Below, one piece after another: positions 28,836 through 35,713 of a stretch of DNA of 64,000 nucleotides (position 1 is its first letter; each line of letters starts with the position of its first letter). Source of the stretch: an uncultured Ectothiorhodospiraceae bacterium (GTDB taxonomy: Bacteria; Bacteroidota; Ignavibacteria; SZUA-365; GCA-2699105). The notes under the pieces were generated by a model. That model was given only the letters and a program-made list of their open reading frames with translations, was not told the DNA's origin and made no database searches. The position numbers and the translations under genes are program-made. The stretch is taken from positions 19,321 to 83,320 of the forward strand of contig CAYPBB010000012.1 of the NCBI GenBank assembly GCA_964408855.1. Direction: 5' to 3'.

Positions 28836-28845
28836 CAAAAATCGA

Positions 28846-29436
28846 TTATTTCTTCTTCGCTGCGGGCTTTTTCGCTGGGGCTTTGGGAGCCGGAGCAGCT
28901 TTTTTGGCGGGAGCTGCTTTCTTTGCCGGAGCCTTCTTTGCTGGCGCTTTGGCAGGGGGAGCGACAGGCATCGGTAATTCTTCCATACCCATGATGGTAG
29001 AATTGGCGTCAACGGCGCGTCTGCCGCCGGCCATTCTCCTGATCTCATCGTCGCTTTCGTCGGCGACAAACGCAACCGTCGCGATCGTCGTACGCAGTTC
29101 GTTGGCGTCAAGGTTCGCGCCGGCAATCGTATGGCTGTAGGTAATGGTATCGTCGAACAGCAGTCCGTACGCGCCCATGAGCGTATTGGCGTTCAGACGC
29201 ATCAGATGCTGAAGAAGTTTCGGACCGATCTTCGCGTCCTGCACCACGTACGCCATCGCCTTCACGAGGCATTCGTCCTTATGAAGCGGCAACACGTACA
29301 CATGCACCGCCGCGGAGCCGCGCCTGACCACCCATTCGCCGTCGAATTCCTGTACGATATCCTTATACTGTTTGCCGTAGGTATCCTTCAGGTACTGCTT
29401 GATCTTGCTTTTGGTTTGATTCACGATATTTGCCAT
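28846..29436 (-). CDS. YbjN-like domain protein with a C-terminal histone-H1-like Lys/Ala/Pro-rich tail
   Basis: The globular N-terminal roughly 150 aa (WVVRRGSAAVHVYVLP...CLVKAMAYVVQD...NTLMGAYGLLFDD) resemble the YbjN putative sensory-transduction-regulator fold. The C-terminal 40 aa read PAKAPAKKAPAKKAAPAKKAAPAPKAPAKKPAAKKK. It lies 15 nt downstream of pspA on the same strand. Confidence 0.55.
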   Translation of the reverse strand: MANIVNQTKSKIKQYLKDTYGKQYKDIVQEFDGEWVVRRGSAAVHVYVLPLHKDECLVKAMAYVVQDAKIGPKLLQHLMRLNANTLMGAYGLLFDDTITYSHTIAGANLDANELRTTIATVAFVADESDDEIRRMAGGRRAVDANSTIMGMEELPMPVAPPAKAPAKKAPAKKAAPAKKAAPAPKAPAKKPAAKKK

Positions 29437-29450
29437 GGCTCTCTACTCCG

Positions 29451-30140
29451 CTACTCTTTAACTTCAGGTGATGTTTTTCCAGCGGCGGCTTTTAACAGCG
29501 CCAGTTCGTCTTCGACGGCGCTGCCGCTTTCCAGCTTCGCGAACTCGTCTTCCAGCTTGGTGGAGGAATCGCCCGCAAGTTCGGCGTAGGCTTCCGCTTC
29601 CGATTCCGCTTTCAGCACCTTCTGTTCGTACTTGTCGAAGTTCGCGAACGCGCCGTCGCCGAGACCGGCAAGATTCTTGGAAATGGTTTTCTTCGCCTGC
29701 GCGGCCTGATGGCGGGCAATGAGCGTGCTTTCGCGGACGCGCGCCTCGTCGAGCTTCTTCTTGAGCTGATCGAGCTGATCGCGCAGCGTAGCGGCGGTTT
29801 TCTTCGCTTCGGCGAGCGGCATTTCAAGGTCGGACACCGCTTTGACGAAGGAGTTCTTCTTTTCGAGCGCCATGCGCGCCATGTCGTCGCGTCCGGCGGT
29901 CACGGCTTTCATTGCGCGTTCCTGCCATTCGTCGGCTTGTTTCTTCTTGTCGTTGTACTGCTTTTCCAGATGTTTTTCGTTCGCGATTGCGGAGCCGACA
30001 GCGGTCGTCGCCTTGTTCACGGCTTCCTGCATCTCGATAACCATCTGCTTGATCATTTTCTCGGGATCTTCCGCCTTATCCAACAGGTCGTTGATATTCG
30101 CTTTGAAGATGTCCGAAATCCGGGAGAAGATGCCTGCCAT
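29451..30140 (-). CDS. pspA: PspA/IM30 (phage-shock protein A / VIPP1) family protein
   Basis: The start is taken at MAGIFSRISDIFKANINDLLDKAEDPEKMIKQMV..., a canonical PspA N-terminus. It is all coiled-coil and about 230 aa. Confidence 0.85.
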   Translation of the reverse strand: MAGIFSRISDIFKANINDLLDKAEDPEKMIKQMVIEMQEAVNKATTAVGSAIANEKHLEKQYNDKKKQADEWQERAMKAVTAGRDDMARMALEKKNSFVKAVSDLEMPLAEAKKTAATLRDQLDQLKKKLDEARVRESTLIARHQAAQAKKTISKNLAGLGDGAFANFDKYEQKVLKAESEAEAYAELAGDSSTKLEDEFAKLESGSAVEDELALLKAAAGKTSPEVKE

Positions 30141-30274
30141 CCCGATTCCTCCATTATGGTGATGATGATTCAGTGTGTTCCGATAGAATGCCGCAATATA
30201 GGCATTTGCCGTAGCAGGCACAATGCGATTGCGGCGTTTCGTTCAATAACGATGGTATTCGCAGAAGCGCCGCG

Positions 30275-30320
30275 AATGTTTCAGACCCGGTATGAATGTT
30301 TCACACCCGGTATGAAAGTC
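30275..30320. promoter_or_regulatory. Tandem 20-bp direct repeat (gaatgtttcaSacccggtat, two copies plus a partial third), each with an internal TTCA-N9-TGAA dyad, in the pspA / nfeD divergent promoter region
   Basis: The repeat was read directly from the sequence. It lies about 135 bp upstream of pspA and about 175 bp upstream of nfeD. Confidence 0.45.
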
Positions 30321-30494
30321 GCCGCCGATTACCTGCTCCAAGCCGCATGCAGATAAAATCTCTCGTCAGCGGCGGATGCATCTTCCCATTCATTCCAAAA
30401 ATAAATACATTGTCATATCCGTCAGGCAACCAAACGGGCGCAACTCACAGCGTCCACTATCGTATAGAACTACGCACCATCAACGAGTCTTCCC

Positions 30495-31229
30495 ATGCTG
30501 ACGCTTTATTTAGTATGTCTGATGTTCGGCGGTACGCTGCTGGCGATCTCGCTGTTCACCGGCGGCGATCACGATTCCGGCCACGGCGGTATCGGGCACG
30601 GCGACGGCGACCTTCACCTCGGCGACACCCATATCGGCGGTGATGTGCATGGCGAGATCGGTCACGGGGGAGGCGACGCGCATATCCTCGACTCAGGCGG
30701 AGCGGATGCGCATACGGACATCGCCACACATGCCGATTTCCACGGCGGCGGTCACGACGTAGCCCATACAGGTGATGTTCACACCGAAGTGCAGGGGCAG
30801 AACGTAGGCGAAGCGTTCAAATTCATCAGTCTCCGCAGCCTCATCTTTTTCACCGCGTTTTTCGGTTTAACCGGCAGCGTCCTCACCTGGCTGACCATAG
30901 GTTCCGTGCTGACATTCGTATCCGCATTAGGCATGGGTTCTTTCGCATCGGTGTTGACGCACAAACTGATGAACTATTTCAAACGCACCGAATCGGGCGA
31001 GAGCATCGATCTCAAGCAGCTCGAAGGGCATTCCGCGCAGATCGTGATTCCGCCCACGAAGACGGCGAAAGGAAAGATCATGCTGGAAGCGCACGGACAG
31101 CGGCATGTGTTGCTGGCGCTTGTAGACGCCGATTCCGAGAAGGAAACATTTCCGCCGAATGCCTGGGTACTCATCCTCCGGGTCGAGGGGCAACTCGCAT
31201 ATATTATCGAAGCAGATTATATCCAATGA
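30495..31229 (+). CDS. NfeD-like (YqiJ-type) membrane protein with a His/Gly/Asp-rich insert
   Basis: It has an N-terminal TM segment, a low-complexity HGGIGHGDGDLHLGDTHIGGDVHGEIGHGGGDAH... region, two or more further TM segments, and a C-terminal OB-fold-like NfeD domain (GKIMLEAHGQRHVLLALVDAD...VLILRVEGQLAYII). It is followed immediately by a flotillin gene. Confidence 0.65.
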   Translation: MLTLYLVCLMFGGTLLAISLFTGGDHDSGHGGIGHGDGDLHLGDTHIGGDVHGEIGHGGGDAHILDSGGADAHTDIATHADFHGGGHDVAHTGDVHTEVQGQNVGEAFKFISLRSLIFFTAFFGLTGSVLTWLTIGSVLTFVSALGMGSFASVLTHKLMNYFKRTESGESIDLKQLEGHSAQIVIPPTKTAKGKIMLEAHGQRHVLLALVDADSEKETFPPNAWVLILRVEGQLAYIIEADYIQ

Positions 31230-31250
31230 CCATATACACAGACTATTGGA

Positions 31251-32741
31251 GTGCCGCTTATGGAAGCTGAATTCATCGTATCAATCGGCGTAATCGGATT
31301 TTTCGCCGTTCTCATTATCATGTTCTTTATCAGCAGGTTCCTGTTGATCTGCCACCCGAACCAGGTCATTATCCTCTCAGGCCGGAGGAGAAAGCTCGCC
31401 GACGGAAGCACGGTCGGATACCGCATGATTCGCGGCGGGAGGGCGTTCCGGATGCCGATAATCGAACGCGCGGCGAAAATGTCGCTCGAGACAATCCCGA
31501 TCGACCTCACGGTCATCAACGCGTACTCGCGCGGCGGTATTCCTCTGAAGGTCGACGGTATTGCGAACATAAAAATCGATTCTACCGAGCCGACCTTCGG
31601 CAACGCGGTTGAACGCTTTCTTGCCAAGACGCAGGAAGAGATCCACGAGATCGCAAAGGACACGCTTGAAGGCAACCTGCGCGGCGTCGTTGCCAGCCTC
31701 ACCCCTGAAGAAATCAACGAAGACCGTCTGAAATTCGCACAGACGCTTATCGATGAGGCCGATAACGACCTGAAGCAGCTCGGTCTGCAACTTGACACAT
31801 TGAAGATTCAAAATGTAAGCGACGAATCGGGATATCTTGATTCAATCGGACGCAGAAAGACAGCCGAGGTGATTGCCGAAGCCCGGAAGGCCGAAGCAAC
31901 GAAGTCGGCGGAAGCCGAGCAGGCGGAGGCCGAATCGCGCAGGGCTGCCGAAGTGGCGAAAGCGGAATCCGAGCGGGATATCGAAAGCGCGCGGATCGAC
32001 AAAGTACGCACCGTCGAAGTGAACCAGGCAAAAGCCAGCATCGATGTTGAAACGGAACGCAATACGCTGCGTATTCGTAAAGCAGAACTCGAAAAAGAGG
32101 CGATCATCCGCGAGAAAGAAGCCGAGGTAGCAGGCGAGAAAGCGCGCGCGATGTTCGAACAGGAAGTTCAGGAACAGCGCATCATCCTCCAAAACAAAAA
32201 GCTCATGGCGGATGTCATTGAACCGGCGCGCGCGAAGAAAGAGGCGATGGAAATGGAAGCCAAAGGCGCCGCGGCATCGATCATCGAAAACGGTAACGCA
32301 AAAGTGGAAGTGCTCCACCGGATGATCGAAGCGTACAAGAGCGCCGAAGGCGACGGCGAACGCGTCTTCATGCTGAACATGCTTCCGGAAATCATCGAAG
32401 AGCTTACCGCGACGGTCAACAGAGTGACTATCGACAAGGTCAGCGTGATCGATAACGGCGGTAACAACGGCGGCGGAGTCGGGAAGTTCATCAATCAGCT
32501 TCCGACTGCCGTACTCACGTTAGCGGAAACCATTGAAAACGCAACCGGCATCAATATTCTCAAGCAGTTGCAGGATTCAATCGGTACGGGCGAGCATAAA
32601 GATAAACCGGTTGGAATCCGTCCTCCCGGAACTCCTCCGAAAACCGCTGTCCACACACCGATAGCGCCGAAGGAAGACCAGCATCAGGATGAAAAGAAAG
32701 AGAACCCGTTTATTCCGCCTGATCTCCCGAAGTTCCCCTAA
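31251..32741 (+). CDS. Flotillin / SPFH (band-7) family protein, YqiK-like
   Basis: An N-terminal TM segment is followed by an SPFH domain (NQVIILSGRRRKLADGSTVGYRMIRGGRAFRMPIIERAAKMSLETIPIDLTVINAYSRGGIPLKVDGIANIKI). A long EA-rich coiled coil follows. It is about 500 aa. Confidence 0.8.
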   Translation: MPLMEAEFIVSIGVIGFFAVLIIMFFISRFLLICHPNQVIILSGRRRKLADGSTVGYRMIRGGRAFRMPIIERAAKMSLETIPIDLTVINAYSRGGIPLKVDGIANIKIDSTEPTFGNAVERFLAKTQEEIHEIAKDTLEGNLRGVVASLTPEEINEDRLKFAQTLIDEADNDLKQLGLQLDTLKIQNVSDESGYLDSIGRRKTAEVIAEARKAEATKSAEAEQAEAESRRAAEVAKAESERDIESARIDKVRTVEVNQAKASIDVETERNTLRIRKAELEKEAIIREKEAEVAGEKARAMFEQEVQEQRIILQNKKLMADVIEPARAKKEAMEMEAKGAAASIIENGNAKVEVLHRMIEAYKSAEGDGERVFMLNMLPEIIEELTATVNRVTIDKVSVIDNGGNNGGGVGKFINQLPTAVLTLAETIENATGINILKQLQDSIGTGEHKDKPVGIRPPGTPPKTAVHTPIAPKEDQHQDEKKENPFIPPDLPKFP

Positions 32742-32769
32742 TCGCGCAATCGCATTTCAGGAAAACAGA

Positions 32770-32799
32770 CAGGGACGGAGCAATCCGTCCCTGTTTCAT
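32770..32799. terminator. Intrinsic terminator, bidirectional
   Basis: A 9-bp perfect stem (cagggacgg / ccgtccctg) is followed by TTTCATT. It lies between convergent genes ending at 32741 and 32815. Confidence 0.6.
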
Positions 32800-32814
32800 T
32801 ATATGCTGTCTGTT

Positions 32815-33459
32815 TTATTTACCGCCGATGGCAGGAAGGATCAGTTTTTCCGCGGAGAGCTCGTTCACGGTTTCCTTTGCATTATTCTGCATCAGGAGTT
32901 CGAGGTTCGCAAGCGCGGTGCGTTCGGTAATCGAGAAGCCGAGCCAGACAATCTGTCCCGTCTGTACATCGTACAACCGGAGGGAAAATTTCCCAAGATC
33001 GCCTGTATAAAGCGGCTCGCGGTCCGGAATTGTTGCAAGCGGATTATCGTAGTAGGAGAGGGAGTTCGCCCAACTGAGACTCCTCGACTTGAAAAGCGGC
33101 GATTTATCCGAAGCCGATTCGATATCGAGCGTGCGCGAGGGCACAAGAGTCAGCACCGCCTGGATGTCCTGCTGCTTCATAATATCGAGCGCCTGCTGCT
33201 GTGTGGTCTTGCGGATCGAAGGAAAGACATCGGAAGCAACGAGCAGTTTCAATCCTCTGGCTTCGAATTCCTTGACAAACAAGCCTTCTATCATGACTCG
33301 ATCATTGACATCGGGTATATCGACGACAAGCATCATGTGGTCGTAATACCGGCCGATAAGATTATTCGATCTGAATGAATGCACCTCGGTTGATGTGCAT
33401 CCGGCAATGACTGCAGATGAGACGAGAGCGGCAAAGAGAAGTTTTGGGTAGGAGACCAT
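32815..33459 (-). CDS. Hypothetical lipoprotein
   Basis: There is a signal/lipobox (LLFAALVSSAVIAGCTST). No recognisable catalytic motifs were seen. Confidence 0.5.
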   Translation of the reverse strand: MVSYPKLLFAALVSSAVIAGCTSTEVHSFRSNNLIGRYYDHMMLVVDIPDVNDRVMIEGLFVKEFEARGLKLLVASDVFPSIRKTTQQQALDIMKQQDIQAVLTLVPSRTLDIESASDKSPLFKSRSLSWANSLSYYDNPLATIPDREPLYTGDLGKFSLRLYDVQTGQIVWLGFSITERTALANLELLMQNNAKETVNELSAEKLILPAIGGK

Positions 33460-33578
33460 TCTTATCCTGATAAGCCAAAAACATCAACAAGCTAATAACA
33501 TACGAGTCTTTTCCTTTCTTATCAAACATCGATCCGAATGTGGGCGTTCCGAGGCGGGTACGAGTTATACGGGTTACG

Positions 33579-34568
33579 CTAGAGATCGCCGATTGCTTTC
33601 GCCAATGCCTTTTTATTTTTCCGGGAGAACAACAGCTTCCACTGAGCCGGCAGCACGCGCGCGACCCGTTCGGACTCGCTTGCGAGAAGCGCTTTGTATG
33701 CATTCCACGCTCCGCTTTCCGGCGCTGTATAGTGACGTTCGATGGTATCTATATATCCAAGCATTACTGTCGCGTCGTTCATCTCGCCGAGCAGGTCCTG
33801 GATGTTTTTCAGGGCGGCGACCATCTGCAGATGTCCATCGCCGAGCAACGCCGAAAACGATTCGAGCGTGTAGCGTAATCGTTTGCACCTGATCCGGAGG
33901 TTGTGGTACTCTTCCGGATGAAGCGTGCCGGCGAGCACCGGGACGTCCTGTACATCGGCGATACGTTTGTAGACGATGGATGGCACCATCGAGCCGATTG
34001 TCGTGTACGAGCTGCCTTTCGGCAGTGTTGAAGGGGAGAGCGGTTGCGAAAGCAACTCAAACGCTTCGTGTTGGAATCTGCCGTACCTGGGACTATCGAG
34101 CCACAGCAACAGCGATCGTCTGGATTTCTGCCGCTTCGAGCGCAACGCGGTGAACAGACGTTTCATTTCGGAAGCTACATCCACTGAACCGCCTGTGTAT
34201 TGCCCGAGCTTGCTCAACAACACATCCATGTCGCGCACAGCGCCGAGCGCGTTCGCCGTCCGCCGTATCGGTTTGTACACTGTCCGCTCGTACACATCCG
34301 GAAATGCGCTCCTGAAAATGGAGTACGCACTGCGCAACCGGCGGGTTGAAACGCGCATCTGGTGTACGCCTTCGATATCGCTTCCCTCCATAGCGGCGAA
34401 CTCATGCCGTTTCATCGATTGCAAATGGAATAAAACGACTTTCCGGCCCGCCTCGGCGAAGAGGTCGGTCGCCAGGAGTGCAGGGGATTCGGAGAGACCG
34501 GTATCGACCGGCGAGATGGATTTGTCCTGTCCCGGAGAGAGAATAACTGAAGGCATCGGCTCTTTCAC
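33579..34568 (-). CDS. CHAD-domain protein
   Basis: A CHAD-like helical region is present (GVHQMRVSTRRLRSAYSIFRSAFP...). The start is uncertain. Confidence 0.5.
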   Translation of the reverse strand: MKEPMPSVILSPGQDKSISPVDTGLSESPALLATDLFAEAGRKVVLFHLQSMKRHEFAAMEGSDIEGVHQMRVSTRRLRSAYSIFRSAFPDVYERTVYKPIRRTANALGAVRDMDVLLSKLGQYTGGSVDVASEMKRLFTALRSKRQKSRRSLLLWLDSPRYGRFQHEAFELLSQPLSPSTLPKGSSYTTIGSMVPSIVYKRIADVQDVPVLAGTLHPEEYHNLRIRCKRLRYTLESFSALLGDGHLQMVAALKNIQDLLGEMNDATVMLGYIDTIERHYTAPESGAWNAYKALLASESERVARVLPAQWKLLFSRKNKKALAKAIGDL

Positions 34569-34734
34569 GGCTGATTACTGTGGCGGAATGTTGCTGCCGC
34601 TTGTTCTCATTCGTCTTCACACACGGTTCAACATACTTCAAAATTGTGTTGTTTTCAAGGATATAAGTGAATACCGGGAATTGTCGTATGTTGGTATATG
34701 AGACATACCGAAAGAAACGCCGGAGTACATTGCG

Positions 34735-35694
34735 ATGAACGCTAACACCCGGCACCTGATTATGCTCTTTACCCTCGCGGGGATGTGGGCGCCTTCTTTT
34801 CTCTTCATCAAAATCGGGCTCCAAGGGTTCGAGCCAATAACGCTTGGATTTTTCAGACTGCTGCTCTCCGCCGTTTTGATGTACGGCATACTACGCTGGA
34901 ACCGGCTGTCGCTGCCCTCGACCTGGAAGGAATGGAAATACATTGCCGCGATGGGACTGACGGCAAACGCGATACCGTTTGTCCTGTTTCCGTTCGGCGA
35001 ACAATACGCAGAAAGCGGGGCAGCATCGGTAATTAACGGAACGACGCCCATTTTCACTGCCATCTTTGCTCATCTTTTCATCGCGAATGAGCGAATGAAC
35101 GCCCGGCGCATCGGCGGCATTGCTGTAGGATTTGCTGGCATCGTCGTCATGTTTCTGCCATCATTCCTGAAGAAAGAGTTTCAACACGATTCGCCCTGGG
35201 GACTGGCTGCATTTGGAGTTGCGGCGCTTTTGTACGGTCTGGCAGGAATTATCGCGAAAAAGAAACTGACTGTATTTCCGCCCCTCGTAGTGAGCACCGG
35301 ACAGTTTGTAAGCGCCTCCGCCATGCTGCTGCCTGTTTCATTCATCGTCGAGTCTCCGCTCTCATCGCGTCCTACATTCGCCGCTACCGCATCCGTTGCG
35401 TTTCTTGCTGTCGTTGGTACGGTCGCGGCGTATATTCTGTATTATCGATTCATTGCAACGGCGAACATTACGTTCGTTGCGTTGACAACGTTCCTCATGC
35501 CGCCATTGGGACTGATTCTCGGCATCATTTTTCTGAAAGAGCATCCATCGATGTTCAGTTTTCTCGGTTGCGCTCTCATTCTCGCGTCCGTGTTTATCCT
35601 CAATCGCACCGGCGATGTCGTGAAGCAATTCTTCAGAAAACAGACGGCAAATACGTACGCGGTAGTTGTTCACTCGGTGAACGATACGGAATAG
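34735..35694 (+). CDS. EamA/DMT-family transporter
   Basis: It has about ten TM helices in two EamA-like halves (MLFTLAGMWAPSFLFIKIGLQGFEPITLGFFRLLLSAVLM...). Confidence 0.75.
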   Translation: MNANTRHLIMLFTLAGMWAPSFLFIKIGLQGFEPITLGFFRLLLSAVLMYGILRWNRLSLPSTWKEWKYIAAMGLTANAIPFVLFPFGEQYAESGAASVINGTTPIFTAIFAHLFIANERMNARRIGGIAVGFAGIVVMFLPSFLKKEFQHDSPWGLAAFGVAALLYGLAGIIAKKKLTVFPPLVVSTGQFVSASAMLLPVSFIVESPLSSRPTFAATASVAFLAVVGTVAAYILYYRFIATANITFVALTTFLMPPLGLILGIIFLKEHPSMFSFLGCALILASVFILNRTGDVVKQFFRKQTANTYAVVVHSVNDTE

Positions 35695-35713
35695 AAATGG
35701 ATCCGGAGGCAGG

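Noticed and set aside
28849-28975. Repetitive DNA encoding PAKK/AAPAKK
   Set aside because: The periodic repeat reflects the coding of the Lys/Ala-rich tail of the YbjN-like protein. It is not a CRISPR or a mobile-element repeat.
29709-30356. 215-aa plus-strand ORF
   Set aside because: It is antisense to pspA and runs through the pspA promoter region. It contains no recognisable domain.
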